From IMG/VR virus record IMGVR_UViG_3300032303_001927, positions 1-60,921 of that record: DNA of 60,921 nucleotides; one strand, written 5' to 3'. Below, in pieces: positions 1-8,567 of this stretch (positions are counted from its first letter, which is position 1; each line of letters opens with the position of its first letter). The position numbers and the translations under genes are program-made. The DNA is from a virus. Taxonomy: Duplodnaviria; Caudoviricetes. The notes beneath the pieces were generated by a model. That model was not told where the DNA came from. It saw nothing but the letters and a program-made list of their open reading frames with translations, and did no database searches.

Positions 1-691
1 GGCTAATGCAGGTAGAGACGCAGCAAAGACTTATGCTGATGGATTAATCTCAACTGAAGTTACAAATCGTAACACTGCAATTACTGCAGCAGTAGATGCA
101 ATTAATACAGATGCAATTGAAGAGGGTACATCAAATAAGTACTTTACTGATGCTCGTGCTAAGGCTTCAGCAGCAGATCTTTTGACTGGCGCTACAAAGA
201 CTAACATCACAATTACAGGTTCAGGTTCAGGCCTTGTTATTACCGCAGAAAACGGTGTAGCAGATTCTACAACTTCAGACCTTGTAGAAGGTTCAAACCT
301 TTACTTTACAAATGCTCGTGCAGTATCTGCTGTACAAGCAGTTGTTCCAAACTTTACATCAGTTGATTTGAATTCAGTTGCTAAGCAAGTTGCAGCAACT
401 CTTTCAGCACCAACTGCTGGAGTTCAAACAGCACACGCTTTTGCAAAGGCTGACTATCGTTCAGCAGAATACCTTGTAAAGGTTGCATATTCAACACACA
501 CTGAAATCTCAAAGGTTCTTTTGACTCTTGATACTTCAGATAATATTGCAATTACAGAATACGGAATGGTAGGAACAAATGGTTCACTATCAGCAGTTTC
601 TGCAGGTATCTCAGGAGCAAACGTAGAACTTCTAGTAACAACTGCTAACAATAACTCAACAGTTACTGTTATGGGAACACTACTTAAGTAA
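1..691 (+). CDS. Virion fibre/structural protein, 5'-truncated by the window edge
   Basis: Frame 2 is open from nt 2 (ANAGRDAAKTYADG...), upstream of the tracked TTG at 182. It is Ala/Thr/Ser-rich, repeats EG.SN.YFT.ARA twice, and ends in a YRSAEYLV...ITEYG domain typical of phage virion proteins. Confidence 0.75.
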   Translation, partial: ANAGRDAAKTYADGLISTEVTNRNTAITAAVDAINTDAIEEGTSNKYFTDARAKASAADLLTGATKTNITITGSGSGLVITAENGVADSTTSDLVEGSNLYFTNARAVSAVQAVVPNFTSVDLNSVAKQVAATLSAPTAGVQTAHAFAKADYRSAEYLVKVAYSTHTEISKVLLTLDTSDNIAITEYGMVGTNGSLSAVSAGISGANVELLVTTANNNSTVTVMGTLLK

Positions 692-704
692 TTAACTAAA
701 GGTT

Positions 705-736
705 TGGGGGATCCTTTCAAAATCCCTCACAAAAAA
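705..736. terminator. Intergenic hairpin, possible terminator or attenuator
   Basis: TGGGGGAT (705-712) pairs with ATCCCTCA (722-729), with one G-U pair. It is followed by an A-tract rather than a T-tract on +. Confidence 0.4.
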
Positions 737-756
737 GTGGTAAAGAGGAGAAATAA

Positions 757-1221
757 ATGACAGCAGCATCAGTCACAGTCGATAAAGACTTCAGAGTTAA
801 AAATGGATTAGTCGTAGCAAATGGCGGTCTATTTGGCGGAACAGTTACAGTAGCAACACCTACAAGTAATTCTCACGCAGCAACTAAGGAGTATGTAGAT
901 TCTGTAACAGGAATGACTGTATCATCAACTGCTCCTTCTTCACCAACTAATGGAAAACAATGGTTAGATACTTCAACAAATAGAGTTAATTTTTATTATA
1001 GTGGAACATGGTATACACAAGCCACTATCGATGATACAAATAGCATTCCAGATCACATTCATGATACAGCAATTGATGGCACAGGCCTTATTGTAAGTCA
1101 GTTTATTGATTCTGGTTTTTTTGATAGCCCAATGACATCTAGTACAGATTCTGGAAATGCATCAGATACAATTTTTACATCTACCACAGATGGTGGATTA
1201 GCAATAGATAATTTCAATTAA
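757..1221 (+). CDS. Small virion fibre adaptor protein
   Basis: GAGGAG RBS; N-terminal KDFRVKNGL motif; HAATKEYVD and APSSPTNGKQWLDT motifs typical of phage fibres; C-terminal D(S/G)G repeats. Confidence 0.7.
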   Translation: MTAASVTVDKDFRVKNGLVVANGGLFGGTVTVATPTSNSHAATKEYVDSVTGMTVSSTAPSSPTNGKQWLDTSTNRVNFYYSGTWYTQATIDDTNSIPDHIHDTAIDGTGLIVSQFIDSGFFDSPMTSSTDSGNASDTIFTSTTDGGLAIDNFN

Positions 1222-1229
1222 TAAATTGA

Positions 1230-1238
1230 TGTTATAAT
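1230..1238 (+). promoter_or_regulatory. Extended -10 promoter (TGTTATAAT)
   Basis: Intergenic match to TGnTATAAT, a motif that recurs throughout the window. Confidence 0.65.
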
Positions 1239-1246
1239 AAGATAGA

Positions 1247-1263
1247 TATGGGCAGCCCCCATA
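1247..1263 (+). promoter_or_regulatory. Hairpin TATGGG-CAGCC-CCCATA abutting the RBS
   Basis: Perfect 6-bp stem with a CAGCC loop, immediately before AGGAGG; same loop as 2465-2479. Confidence 0.6.
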
Positions 1264-1275
1264 AGGAGGAAGTAA

Positions 1276-2439
1276 ATGGCAGTTAGACAACAGCAACGCA
1301 GAGGTACCGCAGCACAGTGGACATCAGCAAACCCAATTCTTTCAGCAGCCGAGATTGGCTATGAAACAGATACAAATAAATTTAAGATTGGTGATGGAAC
1401 CAATCGCTGGTCAACTCTAAGTTATTTTGTTGATCTTGATACAATGATTGCTGGCGCCCCAGGACTCCTAAATTCTCTTGACGAGATTGCAGCAGCAATT
1501 AATGATGATCCAGCATTCTTTACAACAATTGCTTCATCTATCTCTTCAAAGGCCCCACTTGCTTCACCTACATTTACTGGAACAGTATCTGGTGTAACAA
1601 AGTCAATGGTTGGCCTAGGAAATGTAGACAATACTTCGGATGCTTCTAAGCCAGTCTCAACAGCAACTCAGGCTGCCCTTGACCTTAAGGCTAACTCAGC
1701 AGACATTACAGAACTTTCACAAGATGCTGTTAATACAGCACTTACTGCTGGATCTGGTATTACAAAGACCTATAATGATTCAGCAAATACAATTACAGTT
1801 GCAGTAGATTCAACAATTGCAACAAAGACATACGCTGATAACGCAGCATCTACTGCAGTAGCAGCAGTTGTTAACTCAGCACCAGAAGCCCTTAACACAC
1901 TCAAGGAACTTGCAGATGCACTAACTGCAGATGAATCAACAGCAGCATCACTTGCTACTCTTGTTGGTACAAAAGCACCACTTGCAAGCCCAACTTTTAC
2001 AGGCACAGTACAAGGTATTACAAAGTCCATGGTAGGACTTGGCAATGTTGATAACACTTCTGATTCAAATAAGCCAGTTTCATCAGCAACTCAAACAGCA
2101 TTGGATGCAAAACTTGCCTCTGCTACAGCAGCATCAACATATGCACCAATTGCTTCTCCTACTTTTACAGGAACTGTATCAGGAGTAACAAAGGCTCACG
2201 TAGGTCTTGGTAACGTAGATAATACAGCAGATTCTGATAAACCAGTTTCTACAGCAACTCAGACAGCACTTGATCTTAAGGCTGCTCTTGCATCGCCAGC
2301 ACTAACTGGTACACCAACAGCACCAACAGCATCTTATTCAACAGACTCTACACAATTAGCAACAACTGCTTTTGTAAAGTCTGTTTTAAACAATATTGGT
2401 TCACTCAATCTCGTTCTTGATGGCGGAGGAGTTAACTAA
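1276..2439 (+). CDS. Tail fibre protein with Mtd_N/hyaluronidase-N-like N-terminal domain
   Basis: N-terminal QRRGTAAQWTSANPIL..EIGYETDTNKFKIGDG; three VGLGNVDNT.D..KPVS.ATQ.ALD.K repeats; APEALNTLKELA motif; ends in LDGGGVN. Confidence 0.8.
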   Translation: MAVRQQQRRGTAAQWTSANPILSAAEIGYETDTNKFKIGDGTNRWSTLSYFVDLDTMIAGAPGLLNSLDEIAAAINDDPAFFTTIASSISSKAPLASPTFTGTVSGVTKSMVGLGNVDNTSDASKPVSTATQAALDLKANSADITELSQDAVNTALTAGSGITKTYNDSANTITVAVDSTIATKTYADNAASTAVAAVVNSAPEALNTLKELADALTADESTAASLATLVGTKAPLASPTFTGTVQGITKSMVGLGNVDNTSDSNKPVSSATQTALDAKLASATAASTYAPIASPTFTGTVSGVTKAHVGLGNVDNTADSDKPVSTATQTALDLKAALASPALTGTPTAPTASYSTDSTQLATTAFVKSVLNNIGSLNLVLDGGGVN

Positions 2440-2464
2440 TGAAAAATTTAATAAATAATAAAGA

Positions 2465-2479
2465 GTACGCAGCCCGTAC
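2465..2479 (+). promoter_or_regulatory. Hairpin GTACG-CAGCC-CGTAC abutting the RBS
   Basis: Perfect 5-bp stem with a CAGCC loop, just before GAGGAG. Confidence 0.6.
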
Positions 2480-2494
2480 AGAGGAGAACTAATT

Positions 2495-4678
2495 ATGTCA
2501 ACAAGAATGCAACAAAGAAGAGGAACATCCTCTCAATGGACAACAGGAAATCCAGTACTTTCTGCGGGTGAAATTGGTTTTGAGACCAACACTGGTAAGT
2601 TTAAGATTGGTAATGGCACCAGCGCTTGGTCTGCTTTGGATTATTTTGCATCATCAGCAGAAATAACAGCGATTCTAGACGGAGCGCCTGATGCACTAAA
2701 TACTCTTAATGAATTAGCAGCAGCAATTAATGATGACCCAAACTTCTTCACAACAGTATCAAATAGCATTTTTAATCATGAAAATGATACAACTGGAGTG
2801 CATGGTATTTCAGATACCGCTCAACTTGCAACAAAAACATATGTTAATAATGGATTAGCGGATCACGCAGGTTCAACAACAAGTGTTCACGGTATTTCAA
2901 ATACAGCAAATCTTGTTTATACTCAAGATCTTCATGCAATAATTGTTAATGAAACAACAAATCTTGCTCCAAAAGCAGACCCAACATTTACTGGAACAGT
3001 TGTTCTTCCAAGCACAACATCAATTGGAGATATTTCTGCAACAGAGATTAGTTATTTGGATGGAGTAACAACTCTAATTCAACCACAGATTGCAGCAAAG
3101 GCTCCAAAAAATGATCCAACATTTACTGGAACGGTTGTTTTGCCTTCTACAACTTCTATTGGCAATGTTTCTGCAACAGAAATTGGATATGTTGATGGCG
3201 TAACATCAGCAATTCAAACTCAAATTGATGCAAAAGCACCAATCGCTAACCCAACTTTCACAGGAACAGTTGCTGGTATTACTAAATCAATGGTTGGACT
3301 AGGAAACGTAGATAATACAACAGATGCTAATAAGCCAGTATCAACTGCTACACAAACAGCGCTTGATGCTAAGTTAGCACTTGTTGGCGGAACAATGACA
3401 GGAGCACTTACACTATCAGGTGCGCCTACAGTTGACCTACATGCAGCAACAAAAGCATACGTAGATAACGTAACTTCTGGACTTAACTTCCACCAGCCAG
3501 TACGTGTTGCTACAACAGCAAATATTACCCTTAGCGGAACACAAACAATTGACGGAGTATCAGTAATTGCTGGAGATCGTGTTCTTGTTAAGGATCAAAC
3601 AACACAAACTCAAAATGGTCTTTATGTAGTTGCAGCAGGTGCATGGTCTCGTGCAGCAGATGCAGACAATACACCTGATGGCGAACTTAAAGGTGGAGAC
3701 TTTACTTTAGTACTTGAAGGTACAGTTGGTTCAGGTTATGGATATGTTTGCTCTAATACATCAGCAATTACAATTGGAACAACAAACGTAACTTACGTAG
3801 CATTTAATGCTGCTAAGGCAATCTCAGCAGGTACTGGTTTAACAGAATCAACACCAGGAACAATTGATATTGCAACTGGTGGAGTTACATCAGCAATGAT
3901 CGCAGATGGAACAATTGTAGATGCAGATATTAATGCTACAGCAGCAATTGCACAGTCTAAGATTTCAGGACTTTCAGCAAGTCTTTCTGCAAAGGCAGAC
4001 CTTGCTTCTCCTACTTTCACAGGAACAGTTTCTGGTATTACTAAATCAATGGTCGGTCTTGGATCAGTTGATAACACAGCAGATACAGCAAAGCCTGTTT
4101 CAACAGCACAACAAACTGCTCTAGATCTTAAGGCAAATCTTGCCTCACCAACATTTACTGGAACAGTAGCAGGTATTACAGCATCTATGGTTGGACTTGG
4201 AAATGTTAATAATACAACAGACCTAAGCAAGCCAATTTCAACTTCAACACAAACAGCACTTGACACAAAGGCTCCTACCGCTTCTCCAACATTTACTGGT
4301 ACAGTAACTGTTTCAGCATCAGGTGTAGCCTTTACAGATGGTACACAGACAAAGGAAGGTGTTCCATCACGCACACCTATAATTGCAAAAACAGCATCTT
4401 ACACACTTTCAGCACTTACAGAAAGAGATTCTCTAGTTGAAGTCAACTCAGGATCTGCTACAACAATTACAATTCCAACTAATGCAACAATAGCATATCC
4501 AGTTGGAACATCAATTGATATTCTACAAGTTGGTGCAGGACAAGTAACAATTGCTGGAGCATCAGGAGTTACAGTAAACGCAACACCAGGTCTTAAACTA
4601 CGTACACAGTGGTCTGGAGCAACTCTTTTCAAGAGAGCAACAGATACTTGGGTAGTTTACGGCGATCTATCAGCATAA
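2495..4678 (+). CDS. Long tail fibre protein, paralogue of 1276..2439
   Basis: Same Mtd_N-like N-terminus; PTFTGTV and VGLG.V.NT repeats; central VRVATTANITLSGTQTIDGV...GDRVLVKDQT fibre domain; C-terminal beta domain ending WVVYGDLSA. Confidence 0.85.
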   Translation: MSTRMQQRRGTSSQWTTGNPVLSAGEIGFETNTGKFKIGNGTSAWSALDYFASSAEITAILDGAPDALNTLNELAAAINDDPNFFTTVSNSIFNHENDTTGVHGISDTAQLATKTYVNNGLADHAGSTTSVHGISNTANLVYTQDLHAIIVNETTNLAPKADPTFTGTVVLPSTTSIGDISATEISYLDGVTTLIQPQIAAKAPKNDPTFTGTVVLPSTTSIGNVSATEIGYVDGVTSAIQTQIDAKAPIANPTFTGTVAGITKSMVGLGNVDNTTDANKPVSTATQTALDAKLALVGGTMTGALTLSGAPTVDLHAATKAYVDNVTSGLNFHQPVRVATTANITLSGTQTIDGVSVIAGDRVLVKDQTTQTQNGLYVVAAGAWSRAADADNTPDGELKGGDFTLVLEGTVGSGYGYVCSNTSAITIGTTNVTYVAFNAAKAISAGTGLTESTPGTIDIATGGVTSAMIADGTIVDADINATAAIAQSKISGLSASLSAKADLASPTFTGTVSGITKSMVGLGSVDNTADTAKPVSTAQQTALDLKANLASPTFTGTVAGITASMVGLGNVNNTTDLSKPISTSTQTALDTKAPTASPTFTGTVTVSASGVAFTDGTQTKEGVPSRTPIIAKTASYTLSALTERDSLVEVNSGSATTITIPTNATIAYPVGTSIDILQVGAGQVTIAGASGVTVNATPGLKLRTQWSGATLFKRATDTWVVYGDLSA

Positions 4679-4708
4679 AAAATTTAAGAAGAAAAGGGAG
4701 ATTTAAAA

Positions 4709-5611
4709 ATGGCAGTAAATAAGAAAATAGGTAAGCACTCGCAATCAGCGAATGACTTCCTTCAGCCAATGACACCAAATACACCAACAGCAGCAAATGT
4801 TGGAATAGGAACAGGCTATAATAGTGGTTCTGCAACTGTTTCTTTTTCACTACCAGCAAACTCTCCTGCAGCAACTTCATACACAGTATATTCTTCATCA
4901 GGAGGCTTTACTGCAACAGGAAGTTCTTCTCCAATTCAAATAAATGGTTTGTTATCAAGTACTGCTTATACATTTACCGTAACAGCAACAAACGCTTCAG
5001 GAACATCTAATGCTTCTGCAGCATCAAACTCTGTTACAATAACAACAAAACCAGCAGCAGGAACAATTAAGTCAGCCACATCGCCATCTGCAAACCTTGA
5101 TAGAGTTACATGGGATGCCCCAGCAGATGGTGGTTCTGCAATTACTGGATATAAACTAAAATCTTCTGATGGACCAGTTTATACTCTTGGAAATGTTTTA
5201 ACATATGATGTTGCAGAAACTGGTGGAACATCACAGACCTATCAACTTCTTGCTATAAATGCAAATGGTGAAGGTTCTTATGGTGCATCTTCTGGAACAG
5301 TTACTACAACTAGTCCATTCTTCCCGCCGTTCTTCCCACCGTTCTTCCCACCATCATTCCCATTCTTCCCACCGTTCTTTCCACCATTCTTCCCACCAGC
5401 GTTTGGTCCGTTTTTCCCACCTTCATTTGGTCCATTCTTCCCACCTTCATTTGGACCATCGTTCCCGTTCTTCCCACCATCATTTAGCGCACCATCATGT
5501 CCAATTGGAGATTTCTACTCCTATCCCTGTGCACGTTGTGGCGGTGGAGGATGCGTTCAGTACTGCACCAATGGAGTTAGTTACTCATTCGTTGGTTGTA
5601 CTGGAACATGA
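4709..5611 (+). CDS. Virion protein with two fibronectin-III-like domains, a Pro/Phe repeat and a Cys-rich tip
   Basis: Fn3 hallmarks (ATVSFS, SYTV, GLLSSTAYTFTVTATNASG; VTWDAPADGGSAITGY, YQLLAINANGEG), then a 57-aa PFFP repeat and a 6-Cys C-terminus. Confidence 0.8.
   Translation: MAVNKKIGKHSQSANDFLQPMTPNTPTAANVGIGTGYNSGSATVSFSLPANSPAATSYTVYSSSGGFTATGSSSPIQINGLLSSTAYTFTVTATNASGTSNASAASNSVTITTKPAAGTIKSATSPSANLDRVTWDAPADGGSAITGYKLKSSDGPVYTLGNVLTYDVAETGGTSQTYQLLAINANGEGSYGASSGTVTTTSPFFPPFFPPFFPPSFPFFPPFFPPFFPPAFGPFFPPSFGPFFPPSFGPSFPFFPPSFSAPSCPIGDFYSYPCARCGGGGCVQYCTNGVSYSFVGCTGT
5315..5485 (+). repeat. Coding tandem repeat (CCRTTCTTCCCA-type units) encoding (PFFP)n/PSFG
   Basis: 57 codons by my count: 24 Pro, 24 Phe, 5 Ser, 3 Gly, 1 Ala. 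Confidence 0.95.
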
Positions 5612-5620
5612 TTTGTGATA

Positions 5621-5629
5621 TGATATACT
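5621..5629 (+). promoter_or_regulatory. Extended -10 promoter (TGATATACT)
   Basis: Intergenic, upstream of the AAGGAG RBS of 5649. Confidence 0.6.
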
Positions 5630-5648
5630 TCTAATAAAGGAGAAAATT

Positions 5649-5891
5649 ATGTCAGATCAATTATGGAAAAATATAAAAGCATCTTTGTCAGATAGTGATG
5701 GTGTAAAGCCATGGGATTTATTAAATCCTAATGAAGGAAAAACAGACAAAGAAACTCATAAAGAAAGATATTCTCTTTGTTTGACTTGTCCAGAATTAAT
5801 TCAGGCAACAAAAACTTGCAAGCAGTGTGGATGCTTTATGAAAGCAAAAACAAAGTTACAGAGAGCAACATGTCCTCTCGGAAAATGGTAA
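5649..5891 (+). CDS. Small Cys-rich protein (DUF6171-like)
   Basis: RxxxCxxC...CxxCGC...K....CPxGKW pattern with 6 Cys; AAGGAG RBS. Confidence 0.75.
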   Translation: MSDQLWKNIKASLSDSDGVKPWDLLNPNEGKTDKETHKERYSLCLTCPELIQATKTCKQCGCFMKAKTKLQRATCPLGKW

Positions 5892-5892
5892 A

Positions 5893-6675
5893 ATGACAAA
5901 AAGATTATATTTTTTGCACATTCCAAAAGTTGGCGGAATGAATATATCAAGTTCTATAATTTCAAATCAAAATATTTCATTTTTTGATTCTTCAAATACA
6001 AAAACATTAGAAGACTTTTATTCATCTCAATATGTATATGGACATATGGGTAGAACGCCAATTAAAAAAGATCCAACAATAAGTGTTGCATGTTTATTTA
6101 GAGATCCATTAGCAAGATTTGTAAGTAACTTTATTCATACTTATAATTATATTAGTGATAAAATTGCTGAAAATGAAGAATATGTAAAAATTGAAAAAAT
6201 TGAAGATAAACTTAGATACTATTTGTTTGAAGATTTGCATTTTTCAACTGTTACAAACTTTCAGTCAAGATCAATTTTTAATACAATGAAGGATGATGCT
6301 TTTGAAAATATGTTTAAAAAGTTAGATGATCCAGAGTATAAAACAATTGATAAGACAAATAATCTCTGGAGACTATCCGATGAAGAATTTTCTTTTGAAG
6401 ATATTAAAAAGTTAGTAGATTCTTTTGAAATTGTCGGAACAACTGAAGATCATGATGGATTCTTTGAAAAAATTAGTAAGTGGTTTTTAGATAACTACAA
6501 TGAAACGATATCTGCAAATCCAAATATTTTATCATTTTTGATTGATGAACAGTCAAATAAACATACAACATATTCTTTATTAAATTTGCTAAGTGAGGAA
6601 GAAAAGGAAAGATTTAGAAATATTCATGAGATAGACTTTAAACTGTACGATTATATTAAAACTAAAAATGTCTAG
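5893..6675 (+). CDS. Sulfotransferase family 2-like protein
   Basis: FLHIPKVGG (5'-phosphosulfate-binding loop-like), RDPLARFVS (3'-phosphate-binding motif) and C-terminal D..LYDY. Confidence 0.75.
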   Translation: MTKRLYFLHIPKVGGMNISSSIISNQNISFFDSSNTKTLEDFYSSQYVYGHMGRTPIKKDPTISVACLFRDPLARFVSNFIHTYNYISDKIAENEEYVKIEKIEDKLRYYLFEDLHFSTVTNFQSRSIFNTMKDDAFENMFKKLDDPEYKTIDKTNNLWRLSDEEFSFEDIKKLVDSFEIVGTTEDHDGFFEKISKWFLDNYNETISANPNILSFLIDEQSNKHTTYSLLNLLSEEEKERFRNIHEIDFKLYDYIKTKNV

Positions 6676-7417
6676 TTTATATATATTGCATATTCCAAAA
6701 ACAGCAGGAAGTTCTATAATTGCAAATGTACTTTCAAATACACAAGAATATGGAATAAAGTCTTTACCAAATAAACCACCACCATATAATAAAGATTTAT
6801 CAGATTATGATTATATACAGGCACACCTAGGAACATATCCAATAGGTTTAATAAAAAACTTAACTGTTGGATGTATGCTTAGGAATCCAGTTGATAGATC
6901 TATAAGTAATTTTTTATGGATATATGAAAAATTATTAAAAGATAATGAGAAATACCTTAAATATAAAACCGTTGAAGATAAACTTCGTTATTATCTTTTT
7001 GAAGATACCTTTTATTTTGATCATAGAAATATTCAAGCAAGATTTATTTGCAATAATCCAAATGATGATATTTTTAACATTACTGACTACAAAGAATGGT
7101 CAAAAAACTGGTATTTAAAAAATGAAAATACAACTTTTGAATTTGCAAAACAGCAATTAGATTCTTTTGATTTTATTGGAACAACTGATAATTTTTTAGC
7201 ATTTTTAAAAAATGTAGAAGACTGGTTTTTTAAGAATCACAATATAGTTTTTAAAAATGATATTAGTTCAAAAATCTTAAAGTCAAATCTTTATCAAAAA
7301 TATACAACAGAAACTTTAAAAACAAATCTTCAACAAGATGAAATTCGTGCTATAATTGATAACAATAATATAGACTTTGGTTTATACAACTACGTAAAGG
7401 AAAAAAATAAATGCTAG
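6668..7417 (+). CDS. Sulfotransferase family 2-like protein, tandem paralogue
   Basis: LHIPKTAGSS, RNPVDRSIS and DFGLYNY; shares EDKLRYYLFED with the upstream gene. Confidence 0.8.
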   Translation: MSSLYILHIPKTAGSSIIANVLSNTQEYGIKSLPNKPPPYNKDLSDYDYIQAHLGTYPIGLIKNLTVGCMLRNPVDRSISNFLWIYEKLLKDNEKYLKYKTVEDKLRYYLFEDTFYFDHRNIQARFICNNPNDDIFNITDYKEWSKNWYLKNENTTFEFAKQQLDSFDFIGTTDNFLAFLKNVEDWFFKNHNIVFKNDISSKILKSNLYQKYTTETLKTNLQQDEIRAIIDNNNIDFGLYNYVKEKNKC

Positions 7418-7848
7418 TTATTAACGTTGAACTTACAATTGAAGATGAACTTCTCTTTCAATTTCAAGTAGATAAAAATACTTATCAGTACGAAGTTTTT
7501 TCTTCAGATCCAGAAATAGTTAATGTCAATAGTTCTGATTTTGTACCAAGAAAAGGTGATTTTTGGGATAAATCAACTAATACATTAATTTCAAAGCACG
7601 AAGAAAGAAAGCAAGAAATAATCATGAAAGATGAAGAAGACCTAAATAATTGGGTTTATTTTGCCTATATTGACAAAGATTCAAATGTTTTGTTGATAAC
7701 AAAATGGTACTTAGATGATTCTGATATGCAAAATTATATAATTTCAGTTTTTAATAATAGTCCAAAAGTAACAATCAAAGAATATGATGATGATTTTTAT
7801 GATGATGATGAACTTGAGTTAGAGATTAATTCAAAAAATGCAAACTAG
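7411..7848 (+). CDS. Acidic hypothetical protein, possible fibre chaperone
   Basis: Overlaps both neighbours; shows weak internal duplication (VFSSDPEIV / VFNNSPKVT) and a P..GD.WD motif. Confidence 0.55.
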   Translation: MLVINVELTIEDELLFQFQVDKNTYQYEVFSSDPEIVNVNSSDFVPRKGDFWDKSTNTLISKHEERKQEIIMKDEEDLNNWVYFAYIDKDSNVLLITKWYLDDSDMQNYIISVFNNSPKVTIKEYDDDFYDDDELELEINSKNAN

Positions 7849-8536
7849 TTGGTCCGACCTTCCAAGATTAGAAACAGTTGAAAAAAGATTAGATTCAACC
7901 TTTATTGATTCAAATATTGAAGTTATCAATATTGCTTACGGAATAAATATATATAGAAATGTATTCAGTAAAGATGATTCAGAAAAAATTATTTCTACAC
8001 TTGAATTTGTTATACAATCAAATGATAATGGTTTTGTTTGGAATGGTGCACAGATTAACGATAAAGAAAACGTTGATGATGTTAGAAATTGTTTGGACTT
8101 AAAGTATAAAAGAGAAGATCTTGGGAATTCTATAGAGTATAGTAAAGAACTTTTTGATATTCATGAATTATCTGAGAATAAACTGGATAAATGTTTAAGA
8201 CATTATGAAAGTTTGTGGCATTTAAAAATGAACTATAAAGAAGCCTTTAATTTTGTAAAATATTTACCAGGAAAATATTTTAAAATTCATGGAGATCATG
8301 GACCATACTATTCCTGTACAATTTCTGCAGTTGCTTATTTAAATGATGATTATGTTGGCGGAGAGATAGAATTTGTTCGTCAAGGAATAAAAATTAAACC
8401 AATGGCAGGAGATATTATTTTATTTCCATCAAATTTTGTTTATGAGCATGCCTCATGTGAAATTATTGACGGAACAAAGTACTCAATTGTTATAATGACA
8501 GATTATAATGACTTGCACCATAAAACAAACCAATAA
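7838..8536 (+). CDS. 2OG-Fe(II) oxygenase, prolyl-4-hydroxylase-like
   Basis: HGD...YLNDDYVGGE.F...P..GD...FPS...H...GTKYS: HxD...H triad with a Lys 2OG ligand. Confidence 0.9.
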   Translation: MQTSWSDLPRLETVEKRLDSTFIDSNIEVINIAYGINIYRNVFSKDDSEKIISTLEFVIQSNDNGFVWNGAQINDKENVDDVRNCLDLKYKREDLGNSIEYSKELFDIHELSENKLDKCLRHYESLWHLKMNYKEAFNFVKYLPGKYFKIHGDHGPYYSCTISAVAYLNDDYVGGEIEFVRQGIKIKPMAGDIILFPSNFVYEHASCEIIDGTKYSIVIMTDYNDLHHKTNQ

Positions 8537-8567
8537 GGTGTATAATTAATATATAAGGAGAATCACT

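Noticed and set aside
5315-5485. Possible CRISPR array or DGR variable repeat
   Set aside because: The units are short, in-frame and have no spacers. No reverse transcriptase or adenine-specific TR/VR pair is seen, even though Mtd_N-like domains are present.
5259-5618. Alternative-frame His/Ser-rich ORF (HSSHHH repeats)
   Set aside because: It is a frame-shifted reading of the PFFP repeat. Third-position variation preserves the Pro/Phe frame, and there is no RBS.
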